Shown piece by piece: positions 35,862-49,009 of a stretch of DNA of 64,000 bases. Position 1 is the stretch's first letter; each line of letters begins with the position of its first letter. Source of the DNA: Octopus bimaculoides (taxonomy: Eukaryota); the NCBI RefSeq assembly GCF_001194135.2, contig NC_068982.1:108423787-108487786 (forward strand), given 5' to 3'. Made by a program: the position numbers and the translations under genes. The notes below the pieces were generated by a model, which saw only the letters and a list, made by a program, of their open reading frames with translations, ran no database searches and had not been told where the DNA came from.

Positions 35862-37077
35862 ATAGATAGATAGATAGATGAACACATATACATATTCATT
35901 TACTTGTTTTGGTTGTGTTCTCACTTTTCAGGAATTTAGTGTTGAGTATTTTAATAAGAAGTTGGTTTCAGAGAGAAATTTTATGGTTTGAAATAACCAC
36001 TTTGAATGAGTGATTTTAAAGAGTGGTTTGCCATTTAAACTATTTTTCGTGCTGCTTGTTGTCTGAATGCTTTTATAGTATATCTTGATAAAAGATTCCA
36101 TGAGTCCTGCTTCCCTTGCCATTTCTCCCACTTTTAGTAATTTCTCTACCAATTCCATTCCATCAAAGTTGTCTGATTTATATAATAGTGGTTGCATCAT
36201 GATAAATAAAACAACTTCTATTCTTTTCCTTTTGATTCTTTTTTTTTCAGAGATAAATCCTTTTTAAAGTGACTTAGTATTAAACAATACTAAGCACCAT
36301 CATGTATTTTCTGTTTTGGTTTTTTTTTTTTTTTTTTTCAAATACAGTTGCTTCACATTCAGATTATAGTTTTCCATTAGCAATAAACAGGCATTCCATC
36401 TTGTCATCATCATTGATTTAAAGTCCATATTTCTTTGCTTGCATGGGTCAGGCACAGATTCTTTTACTGAGGCAGATATTCTACAGCCAGATTCAGTTCC
36501 TGTCATTAATTTTTTACTGTTTGCAATTGAAGTAATATTTCCCCATAGCCAGATATGTTTCCACAGGGTACTGGAAATGAATAGAATTCATTTGCAATAA
36601 TCATTCAATGTCAAGACAAGGAGACACAAATATACTCACACATACATACACCTACACACATGCTTATATATACATGTGTGTGTGTGTGTGTGTGTGTACA
36701 ATGGGCTTCTCTTAGTTTCCATTGACTAATTTCACTCATATGGCTTTGGTTGGTCCAGAGCTACAGTAGAAGAGGCCCAGGGTATCACAAGGTTGGACTG
36801 AACCTGTAACCATATGGTTAAGAAGCAAACTTCCTAACCACACACCCATGTCTGCACCTGTATCACCTAAGCATATAGAGATGACATTTGGTATTTATTT
36901 ATTTTCTTAAGAGCTTCTGAAACCAAATGAATTCTTTAAAGATTTAACTGGGAACTAAATCTACTGGAAATCTTATATTAAATTTTTTTTTTTTTTGAGG
37001 ATTGACTAAATTGGCACAAGTAATTAGATAATTAAATAGGTAGATTAATTTAACTGGCATGAGCAATTAAATATACA

Positions 37078-37133
<56 letters not shown>

Positions 37134-38154
37134 CACTTTTAGAATAAAATTACATTACAGAAATAGCTAGTGTCCAACTTAATCATTGAACATAGTGTCA
37201 ATGCCGAAACTGAATACCAATATAAAAGTGCAGAAAGGGATAAGGGACATCAATGTAATCCATATTAAGGATGAAATGCTACAACTCAGTTCATTTCAAG
37301 TAACTTCAGCTATTTAATGTACTTTTTCAGGAGTCGATGTTTAGATATTTAAGTTATGATGAAAAACCTACTGGATAAAATTCTGAGTGGACTGACTATG
37401 TCTGAAAAGTTATATATGATAGTTGCTCTCTTAGACTCTCCCTTTCACTAAATACCAGTACAAATTACAATGATAGCAGTAATCAATGGGGTGGGAAACT
37501 TCTACACAGTCACTTGACTTGCTAAAAATAGCATCCAAATTTCCTTCAGATAACACCTTCTCGTCTTAAAAAAAGGAAGGTCACATAAAGTAACACAGTC
37601 CTAGATACTCCTCAAAAGAAGGGATGGCCATAGCTAGAATGCCTTTGATCATAAATCGGTTCAGTCAAAGTTGACTTGGGGTTAAACAACAACAATAATT
37701 ATGATGGTATTAAGGAAAGACTCAAGATGACAAGCTGGCAGAATCATTAGCAAGCTGAGTAAAATCCTTTGTGGTATTTCATTTGTCTTTATGCCCTGAG
37801 TTCAAATTCTGTTGAGGTTGACTATCCTTTTGGGGTCAATAGAATAAGAACTAGTTGAGTATTGGGGTCAGTGTAATCGACTTTCTTGTTCCCTCAAAAT
37901 TGCTGGCCTTGTGTCAAAATTTGATACCAAATTAAGAAAAGAACTTACCATAACTCAGGGGTTAAATTTAATTCAAACATGAGAGAAAGTAAAATTGTTG
38001 CCGAATTGCATAAAGAGCAAACTTGATTCCTTGACTGCAGTGAAAGCTTCCATGTACAAAGAAACCAGCATTTTATCCATTCATATATGGGTGCTCCATA
38101 TCATGTCATTAATCCCTCCTGAGTGACTTTATTAAGTTTGGTGTAACTTTAAGG

Positions 38155-38480
38155 CTCAGTTGAAGGTATGTGGCTTAGTGGTTAGGGCATTTGGCTCATG
38201 ATTGTAAGGTTATGAGTTCAATTCCTGGCAATGCATTGTATCCTTGAGCAAAACACTTCATTTCACATTGCTCCAGTCCACTCAGCTGGCAAAAATGAGT
38301 AGTACCTGTATTTCAAAAAAGGCCAGCATTGTGACACTCTGTGTCATGCTGAATCTCCCTGAGAACTATGTTAAAGGTGCATGTGTCTGTGGAGTGCTCA
38401 GCCACATGCACATTAATTTCGTGAGTAGGCTGTTTCATTGATCAGATCAACTGGAACCCTCATTGTCATAACTGATGGAA
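38155..38480 (+). mobile_element. tRNA-derived SINE family C
   Basis: TGGCTTAGTGG A-box, GAGTTCAATTCC B-box, then TCCTTGAGCAAAACAC..CACATTGCTCCAGTCCACTCAGCTG core. Related copies at about 26520-26740(-) and 63345-63500(+). Confidence 0.75.
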
Positions 38481-40435
38481 TACCATGTCTCTCACACTTA
38501 TACTTTTTGTATTAATCATCTACACATTGACTCCAGTTGCAGCACATGCTTCTATGCAGATAACATCAATATACATTGTTATGTCTCCTTTTCACACAAA
38601 TCTCATCTCAATGTGACTTCAGCATCACAAGCCAAGAATGTACAACCTCAATAAAGAAAATCTCCCTAAACATCCTGTAATGGGGGGACATATTAAAACA
38701 CACATCTCATGAAAGTAACTTATATTAATGTCATCCAATCATCACCCAGCAGAGGAAAGCTTGAATTCACTATCAGTATTCTTTTTATCTTCTCTTTAAA
38801 TTGACTAAAGAAGAATAAAATATAGAATACATGAAAAATATGTATATACAAGAGAGAGGAATAAATCATTCCAATCATGGTATGCAAGTCACTTTTTAGA
38901 TACTCGTAGATTTGGGTGCTGTACTAAATAAGAATCTTCCATCCTTAGAAAAATAGCCATATTATATTGTTCAAGGGCCCAAAAAACCTAGTGCTACAGC
39001 ACTCATAACACTTATCTTAAGCTGGTACTGATTGTATGTTTATAATGGACTGGCACTCTGTTGTTGTTGCTGTTGTCATCAATGCTACCCTCCCACCCAT
39101 CACCATCATTATCATCATTGACCAGCTCTAATCATACAGATCATGATAAAAACCATTCCAACCATAACCAACCAGTCTTTTTCATTCTAGGTAATGTATC
39201 TGGAGTAACACCCTCCAATGCATTGTTCCCTTTTTTAGGATCTGATTTGAAGAAGATTTGGCTACTATTGTTTGCAAGTTGAATAATATAGTAGAGGCTC
39301 CTCCAACAATTCAATCTTTAAGTAAAGATGAAAATCCAACTTGTTGAAAGTTATTCTGGAAAATGAATATTATATAATATAGTATCAATCACACTAACAT
39401 GGGTTGATTCATATTACAATAAGGCAATCATATATAAAAACCATATTCTAAACAGATGTAAAAATCATTCTTTCATCTTCCATTGATTACAAGACAAAAC
39501 AGAAAGTATACAAAAAATAAATTAAATTTTGCAACTAAAGCTTATAGATTATATTTTCTGTTCTTGTGTAATATTTTGTTATTCAATAAAACTGTATTGT
39601 GCAAAATTTTCTGTTCTGGCAGTTCTGAAATGGATTTTATTTATTTATTTTTTTTCTGTTTGTTTGTTTGTTTGTTGTTTAGAAATGGATCAAACGGAGT
39701 CATGACAAAGAGCTATCACCAGTAATTTATTCCTAAACAAAATATCCCATCTGGAACTTAAAAGATATTGGGCATTAAAAAAACAAATTACCACCACGGT
39801 TGCCACTAGCATTGCCTTAGTTGTTTTATATCAGCTTTTCCATGTTAGCATGAATTGAGTGTTTTATTTTTTTCTCTGAAGCAATGTTTTATGGTCAGAG
39901 GCTTTCGTGTTGCTAACCATTTTAGTCAGCTCTCACATTATGCAAGGATACAGTGTACTTATTCTAAAACTGGGATACACACTGTAAGACTTGGGTGATA
40001 AAATCAGGAGAAAAAAAGAGACTTAAAAAGTCAAGAATAAAGGTTTCAAGAAAACATGATTGTTCATTTTCATATTTTCTTACACAGTTTCAATGTCTTT
40101 TTACTCCCAATGTATTTCGTATAATGAAAGGTTATCAGAGGCAGAGGTCACATGATTAAAATGCTGGTCTTTTATTACATATTTTGAAAGCTTGTAACTT
40201 ACTGCAGTCATCACACTATGTGATAAAAGAATTTAACATTGATATGAGGAAGTTTGAAGCAGAAATAGCTGGGAGGTAAGAAGCTTGTTTCTGAATCACA
40301 TGGTTTCAGGTTCAGTCCCACGTCATAGCATCTTAGGCAAGTGTCTTTAACAATAACCTTAGGCTGATCAAACAGATCAAAACCTTGTGAGTGGATTTGG
40401 TTGACAGAAACTGAAAAAAATCCCATCGTATATAA

Positions 40436-40495
<60 letters not shown>

Positions 40496-42654
40496 GCCTC
40501 CATACCTTGTCTTCGCATGATAGTTGTAAGTGAACCACTATCATGCAAGCAGTGTCCTGTTTTGAGTCTTGGGTGAAAACATATCTGGTAATGGGGAAAA
40601 TATTATTCTATCTGGAAACAGGTGAGGGTTAGTGACAGGAAGAGCATTGGCCATGAAAAATTCACCTCTATGAATTCCATCTGACCCATGCAAGCATGGA
40701 AAATGGACATCATGGTAATGGCAGCAGTATTTGATTTAGGCACAAAGCAAACAATTTTGAGGGAAAGGATTAGTCAGTATCACTGACTCAGGTACTTGAC
40801 AGGTACTATATTTCATCAAAACCCTGGAGGAACGAAAGCCAATGTTGACCTTAGTGGGATTTGATCTCTCTGAACATAGAGTACAGCTACATATATTTTG
40901 AGTGCAATCTCACCAATTTGCCCTGTATACTCCTAATACCATTTTATATTCCTTCAGCATGGCACCTGTCATTTTGATTGAGTGGGATACCTCTCCCAAA
41001 TTTTTCAACATTTGCAGTTGTGGTTTGAGCACTAAAACATACAGAAGAGAAAAGAAGGGGCATCATTGATGGACCAAGCACACAATGTAAAACAATTCCC
41101 ATGGGTAGCTATTTAGCTGAACCACCAAGCAAGTGTTGATGTACATTGTAGCAAATCCAGCCTTTGAAAGCAAAACAGAAACCAACCTTGCTTAAAATGT
41201 CCTGGTGTTATATTTCTACTCACTCACTGAGAAATATGGTTGCATATAGGCACAAACCCTTTCTCTCAAGCAAACACAAAAGTGCCTGCAAAGAGTAATG
41301 GGTACTATTTTGTGCCTAGGAAAAAGGGTAATAACACTGGTCAGTGGAAGCCTTGTTCTAAAGTGAGGGGAAAAACAATGAACTAATAATGAACTTAAGA
41401 TTCCTTACATTATAAGTTCGTTTGAGAAGTGAAATGAGTGTTCAGTCAAGATACTAGTAGCTATTGCAAATGAACTACACTTCTAGGTGTTAGTGTTCTT
41501 TTCATTATTGTTGTCATTGATGAGCCATTAAAAAAAATTTTTTCTTGCTATTTTCATGGCTTTTATTGTTCTCTTTATCACCATTATTTAATGTCTGTAT
41601 TCCATGCTGGCACAAGTTTGACAGTTTGGCTGAAGCTGGTAAGCCAGAGAGCTGCACCAGGCTCCAGTCTGTTTTGGCTTGGTTTTTGTACAACTGGATG
41701 CCCTTTCTAACACCAACCACTCTACAGAGTGTATTGGGTATTTTTTATGTGTCATCAGCACAGGTGCCTTTTACATGTCACTGACATGAGTGCCTTTTAC
41801 TTGTCACCAGCACAGGTGCCTTTTATGTATCACTAGCACTGGCTACTTAGCTTAACACATCTTCTCAAGCACAGCAAATCACCAGAAATCTCAATCACTT
41901 GTCATTACCTCCATGAGACTCACCAACCGAAGATCATATTTCACCATCTCATCCCACATCAACCTGGGTCTATCTCTTTCAGAAGTTTTATTGTTATTAT
42001 ATTCAGTTTCTTGTAACTGTTTTTAATAATAATGTTGATGTCACTTGTTTCATTTGACTTTTTATAAGCATTCCCAACCTTTTTGTTGTTGGTCTTGCCA
42101 ATGTTATCATTTTTATCTTATCTCATTGTCCATTGCACTATTTTTCTTCCATTTTTGTTCTTGCCACTATTATTTGTGTTGTTTCTTATCTTGTTGTTAT
42201 AGTGGCACCATTACCCAATTTATGGCTCTGCTGTGCCAGAGCATTGCTGGTGTTGTCAGAATTAACATCGACACATTTATTATCATATTACTCAAAAGAA
42301 TATCTAGGTGAAAGTCATCACTATTTCACTGTAGCAAGCTATAATTTCAAGGCAAATGACATTAGTGTTATCATTACCATGACAATCATGGTTGCCTCCT
42401 ACCATTTCTCTTTCATACTTCAAACTTTTTAACAATAAAAATATTTGTCCGCTGGCTGCAGACAATGACAAAAATTGATTATGCATTTCTTAATTAGGAA
42501 AAACACTGAAATTTAAAAAATTGTCTTTTCCCTGAAAATGTTTCTAAACAATTATAATGATAAAGATCCCAACTTTCATTAGAGAAATTTTTGAAAACTG
42601 GAATTAATTTATTGAGCATTAATGTCTACGATTAGAGCGTTTTGGAAATGATGG

Positions 42655-42822
42655 TCGTGGTGATGGTGGTGGCGGCGGCGGCGGTGGTGGTGGTGGCAGT
42701 GGCGGTGGTGGTGGCAGCAGCGGCGGTGGTGGCAGCGGCGGCAGTGGTGGCAGCGGCGGCAGTGGTGGCGGCGGCAGTGGTGGCGGTGGCAGTGATGGTG
42801 GTAATGATGATGATGATGACAA
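42655..42822. repeat. GC-rich compound trinucleotide repeat (GGT/GGC/GCA grading into GAT)
   Basis: Directly visible. Confidence 0.9.
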
Positions 42823-42917
42823 TAACACAAAAACAAATCATACCACATACCCAAGGCCCACAGAGCTGCACTTGGTGGTGTAGTGAAAACATGCAATATA
42901 AATAAGACTACTGAATG

Positions 42918-42974
<57 letters not shown>

Positions 42975-43000
42975 ATAATAATGATAATGATAATAATAAT

Positions 43001-44728
43001 AACGAACTTAGCACCTGAGCAACTCTGGACCCCTATAACAACTGAAGAGGTCACCCAGGCACTGCAAAGACTAAGCAACTGGAAGGCACCTGGGCACAAC
43101 AAGATCCCCAACTTCTGGTTAAAATATCTGACAGGAATACACAAAAAGCTGGCTGAAAACTTTAACGACATACTAGCAGAGCCAGAGACAATGCCTGAAT
43201 GGTTCATGAACGGGAAAACTATCCTAATTCCCAAATCCACTGAAACGGCAAAACCACAAAACTACAGAGCTATAACCTGTCTCCCTACAATCTATAAAGC
43301 CTTTACTGCAATAATATCGCAGAGATTGAGCGAGCACCTGGAAGAAAACAACCTGTTTCCAGAAGAGCAGAAGGGATGCTGCAAGGGCTCATATGGCTGT
43401 AAAGATCAACTAATGATCAATAAAGCCATAACTGAAGACAGCTGCAGAAAGAAGAACGGCCTCAGTATGGCCTGGATCAACTACCGAAAGGCTTTTGGTA
43501 GCATTCCCCACATGTAGATCCTTGAAACACTAGCCATGAACAGAGGAATATTCCAGGGAGACATGCTCTCTCCACTCCTTTTCTGCTTGGCACTGACACC
43601 TTTATCTGTCATACTAAATAGAACTGGATGTGGATACAAATGTTACAGCAAAACAATCAGCCACCTTTTATATATGGATGACCTAAAACAATACACTACA
43701 AATGATAAACAGCTGGAAACACTACTACAGACAGTACATGGATTTACCAAAGAAATAGATATGAAATTTGGATTAGAAAAATGTGCCAAAGCAACCCTGA
43801 AAAGAGGAAAACTAGTTAAGAGTAGCAACATCACACTAGATAAAGCCAATGAAATAAGAGAATTAGACCAAAGCCAGACATACAAATATTTAGGAATCAA
43901 TGTACTAGATATGATACAACACACACAAATGAAAAAGAAAATGAAGAAAGAATACTATAGACGAGTTAGATCAATACTGAAAACAGAGCTCAATGCTAAA
44001 AACAAGATAATATGTAATAGGTATTAACACTTTAGCTGTCCTAGTTATATGTTACAGCTACAATATCCTTAACTGGACACTAAATGAACTAACCAAAATA
44101 GACAGGAAAACAAGAAAAATAATGACAGGATCTAGGATGCACCACCCAAAATCTGACATAGAAAGGCTATGTATACAATGTATAGAAGGTGGCAGAGGTC
44201 TTATACAGCTGGAAAACTATTATAAAATAACCACTATAGGACTGCAAAAATACCTACTTCAGAAGCAAGGAAAATTAATACAAATAGCCACAAAACACGA
44301 GCAAAACAAAAAACTGTTTTCAGTATTTAAGAAAGCTGACAAATACAAACAAGAAATCATACTACCAAACAAATATGAAGAAGAAGACAACAAGGTATGC
44401 GATAAGGAATAAAGAAAAGTTGAGAGATATGATAGGTTAGCTTGGGAAGTTAAGCAGTTGTAGTCGATGAAGAAGGTAGCAGTAGTACCAATAATTGTCG
44501 GAGCCCTGGGAACAGTGAGCAAAAATCTCGAGAAGTACGTGGAACAAATAGGGGCTGCAATAAGGGTGGAGCACTTGCAGAAAACAGCACTGCTTGGAAC
44601 CACTCAAATATTCCGGAAGGTGCTCGAAAAATAAGAGGTGTTATCTTAGTTCACTGATAGTGAACAGCTGACACTGTAGTACATCTCCAGCGTTAGAAGC
44701 TGCGCAAAGGCAATAATAATAATAATAA
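43001..44728 (+). mobile_element. R4/Dong-clade non-LTR retrotransposon, internally deleted RT pseudogene with (AAT)n tail
   Basis: WKAPGHNKIPNFWLK, NYRAITCLPTIYK, EEQKGC, GIFQGDMLSPLLF, LLYMDDLK, YKYLG, then the RLE C-terminus PIIVGALG..LQKTALLGT. Flanked by (GTA)n/(TAA)n. Confidence 0.9.
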
Positions 44729-45550
44729 GTATATTCAATAAAGCAGACAACATAAGAGAATTAATTAGCTTTAGCATGAAGAAATGGAAAGTAGATCTNN
44801 NNNNNNNNCACCCAATTTAGTATTAAAGAAGGCAAAGGCAGAGTATCACTTCAGAAATAGCCAGATAGACAAAAGCCAAGTAGATTCCCAGTGTAGGTAA
44901 TGCAAATCAAAAGAGAAAAGTGTTACTCAGATAGTAAGTGAATGTAACATGCTGGCAGAAAAGAATACAAGAAAAGACATGACAACCTAGGGAGAATAAT
45001 CCACTAAGAGTTATGTAGAAAGCTAGGATTTGAACATACTAATAAATGGTATGAATATGAACCTAATAAAGTACTAGAAAGCAAGAAATACAAGATGTGG
45101 GACTTTAACACTCAGACTGACAGAGTAATAGAAGCTAGAAGGCCTGCTTTAGTAGTAGTAGATAAAGAGAATAGAAAGTGCCAGATAATTGACTTTACAA
45201 TCCCAAATGATGAAGATATCAATATGAGAGGTATAGAAAAAATAGTAAAGTACCAGAACCTAGTCAGTGGATTACAGAGACTATGGAAAATGTGAATAAA
45301 ATGTATCCCAGAAGTCATAGGTGCATTGGGAACTATCCCTAAAGATCTGAACAGACAGATAGAGGAAATAGGTATAAAACCCAGTTTAGTACAGCTCCAG
45401 AAAACAGTGTTATAAGGGACTGCTAGTATACTAAGGAGGGTTCTTGGCATCTAAGGTTAATTGTTGTAGCCCAATGTTAGGTTTTTTTTTTCTTTTCCAA
45501 TAGTTTAATCGGTTGTGTGCTTATGCAAATGATAATAACAATAATAATAA
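44729..45550 (+). mobile_element. Older R4/Dong 3' fragment (CCHC-like knuckle plus restriction-like endonuclease)
   Basis: WYEYEP.KVLE, WDFNTQTDRVIEARRP, VIGALG, LQKTVL. Ends in an (AAT)-rich tail. Confidence 0.85.
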
Positions 45551-46304
45551 AAGATGAATAACACCAAAAAATTTAAAAAAACCCAGAACTCACAACATTT
45601 CAATCAGTCCAAAAGATAGTTCTGATAGCCACATCCACATCATATTGAAGAAACTTTCACTTCAATAGTACAACAAACAGTGCAATAGTACAACACACTC
45701 CTTATACAATCACTCTCCATTAAAATAACACAACATACACTTTTATAAACTGGATTCCTGACATTGTAGCACATTACAACACCAACAATTGACATATTTC
45801 AAATTCTATGTCTTTGCCACCCACACAGAACTTATTTTATTTAATCCTCTTCCAACATAAAACACACAACACTATAAGAAATAAAAAACATTTTTCCAGT
45901 AACGTAATACATTGTACATTGTATACACTATAGACAACACTAAAATAATACCAGAAACAACAAAGTAGAACTGGTGTAGTACACAAACACTGCTTTCCAT
46001 TCACAAAAGACAACACAATACATATCTGAGAAACACAGAGGTGCAGCTAATAACACAGCAGAAACTTGCATAAAATTGATTATAAATAATACTCTGGCAT
46101 GATTGTAGGTGCAGCATGGCTATACAGGTACACAAGCATGGCACTATGGCTCTATGTGCCCATATCTGCACAAAGTGTGCAACAAATTGCCATATAAGGT
46201 TGAGGTTAAGAATTCGAGCTATGTTAAACTCCTGCAGCAGCACAATGCAGCTACAGACCATCAATACAGGGGAGGACTATTACACAGTTGGAAGAGCCAC
46301 AAGA

Positions 46305-46368
<64 letters not shown>

Positions 46369-47645
46369 TTATGCATGCGTGCATGCATGCATGTGTGCAT
46401 ATATGTATTTGTATTTGTTTCTCACTGCTTGACAGCCAGTGTAGGTTTGTTTATGTCACCGTAACTTAGTAGTTCAGTAAAAAAAAAATGTAGAGTAATA
46501 TAAGTACCAGACTTATATCTCTAGGGTCAATTTAATTGGCCATGGCTACAGCTCAGAGACTGAAACAAATAAAGAATAAAAGAACTTTGGCATGAAAAAC
46601 TCAATATGGCCATTATCCAAGATTGACCAAAATCATCATCATCATTATTGTAGTCTAGCATCCATTTTTCATGCTGGTATGGGTTGGACAGTTTGACAGG
46701 ATCCAACAAATCAGAGGAGTGCACCAAGCTCCAATGTTTACTTTAACCTGGTTTTTACAGCTGATGCCCTTCCAAATACCAATTGCTTGACAGAGTGTAC
46801 TGGTTACTTTTTATGTGGCACTGGCACATGTAAGACCACCCAGTAAGTCGCAAAACAAAACCCCTCAAATGAAATGGTGTAGTATTGAGGTGGTGGGGGT
46901 TACTCCAGGTGAAAAGGGGAGAAAATGATGAAAAGTTGTCAGGATTTATCTTCAAGTTACAAGAAAGTGAACATTAGAGAAACAGTCCAGAAGATTGGAA
47001 GGGGTGAATGGGTAAGATCATAAGAGTGTGAAAGGAGAGCAGCACATGGATGAAGGTGGGGTAAGATGGATGAAGGTGAGATGGATGGATGAAGGCGTGG
47101 ATAGAGTTGAATGCAGTGAATGGTGGATATAAAAAGAAAAAGCTCAGCATTGGCTGAAAAACCCATGACTTGAGAACAATGTGGTCCAAAGCAAAAACCT
47201 TCTGATGAGAACCTACCAAAAAATCGTATAAGGAAGCAGAGTACAAAGGAAAAAATGTTAGAGCAGAATGTATAAAATGTGTGGAGGTTGTGAAGAATGT
47301 ATTTCTGGCTGTTTGGTCATAATCAAAGCATAGTATGTAAACTGCCATAAAAGAGATAATGGTTTCAAACACTGGAAACTATGCCAGCATTATGGAATGT
47401 ATTCACATATTCTATAAAAAGAGGTAGTACAAATACACAAGACACAATATTTTTCCCTACAAGACACAAGACACATTGTTATCTTTCACAAGCGTTCTTA
47501 TTCCTAAAGCCCATGGAATTATATCTTTGACCCCTTTATATCTCTATGTAAACAAACCTTCTAACGGTCACTCACCATGTAACATCTCTGCTCGTAAGTT
47601 ACCTCATCATTTCGTTTTTGTCTTGCTATTACATATTTTATTATG

Positions 47646-47736
47646 AACTTCCTGAAGAGAAATATATGAGGAACCCCAACAGCTCTTTCTTCTTTGTGAA
47701 AGAGCTCTCATTTATTTCGAAACATGTGTAGGAATT
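47646..47736 (+). ncRNA. Type I hammerhead ribozyme motif with long helix II, core intact
   Basis: AACTTC-CTGAAGA-[GAAATA/TATTTC, ATGAG/CTCAT, AGCTCTTTC/GAAAGAGCT]-GAAA-CATGTG-TA-GGAATT. G10.1-C11.1 present, GUA triplet, helix I 5 of 6 paired. Confidence 0.85.
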
Positions 47737-48726
47737 AAAGGAACTTTTATTGACATGCGTTTTGCTCTATTTATTATTATTATCCATATCTTCTCAAAAN
47801 NNNNNNNNNNNNNNNNNNNNNNNNNNNNNNNNNNNNNNNNNNNNNNNNNNNNNNNNNNNNNNNNNNNNNNNNNNNNNNNNNNNNNNNNNNNNNNNNNNNN
47901 NNNNNNNNNNNNNNNNNNNNNNNNNNNNNNNNNNNNNNNNNNNNNNNNNNNNNNNNNNNNNNNNNNNNNNNNNNNNNNNNNNNNNNNNNNNNNNNNNNNN
48001 NNNNNNNNNNNNNNNNNNNNNNNNNNNNNNNNNNNNNNNNNNNNNNNNNNNNNNNNNNNNNNNNNNNNNNNNNNNNNNNNNNNNNNNNNNNNNNNNNNNN
48101 NNNNNNNNNNNNNNNNNNNNNNNNNNNNNNNNNNNNNNNNNNTATATGTATGTATACAAGTAACCCAGGGTGATAGTAGAGGACTTGTTCAATCACCCAA
48201 GGTGGTGCACAGTGGGATTGAACTTGAAATTGGCTGAGAAACAAACTTCTTAACCACACAACCATGCATGTGCCTATAGAAATGAAAGAAAAAGGAAAAA
48301 AAAAAGAAAGAAAATGTCTCCTAAAAGGCATATTCATTTCAACATACAACAAGGCATGTATAGCTAAAATGAACCAAGACATGAACTAAATATGAAATCC
48401 TATAAATAGAGACATCTAGAATGTAGGATTTAAAACATGCAATCAATATGTGCCAAGGGAATAATAAAAGCAATGAAGATAATTATATTAACAAATTCCA
48501 AGGATTTACACAATATATACAGAAAATAGTATTACTTGACACAGTATGGAGTATTTTCTCAATACAATAAAAAGCAATATCCCACAAAATCCAAACAAAT
48601 TATTGCACATAGCCAAAGCAAGCATTACTATGTGTGGTTGCACAATAAAACATGAAGCAACAATAATGACTATTGAAGTGATTATAACGATTACTGAGAT
48701 AGTTACAAAGTAATATATATTTGCAT

Positions 48727-48762
<36 letters not shown>

Positions 48763-49009
48763 GATTGAATAAATCTGGTATATTTTATTAGTTCTAGAAA
48801 TATGAAAAGCAAAGTCAACTTCAAAAGGATTCGATATCAGAATGTAGAGTGACATGACTAAATTCCACGAGTCATTTTGTTTGACACTCTACCAGTTCTA
48901 GCCAGTTCACCTTAATAATATTATTATCATTAATGACGAGGATGATGATGATGATGATGTTGATGACAATAACGACACTAATAATAATAATAATAATAAT
49001 AATATCATG

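Noticed and set aside
21900-39360. Scattered splice-like signals and short protein-like frames (e.g. 22097-22240, 23568-23679, 39250-39350)
   Set aside because: In-frame stops, no recognisable homology and no consistent phase chain. An unannotated lncRNA cannot be excluded.
42609-43000. Poly-Pro/His/Ala/Val/Thr ORFs
   Set aside because: Translations of trinucleotide microsatellites in several frames; no splice or codon evidence.
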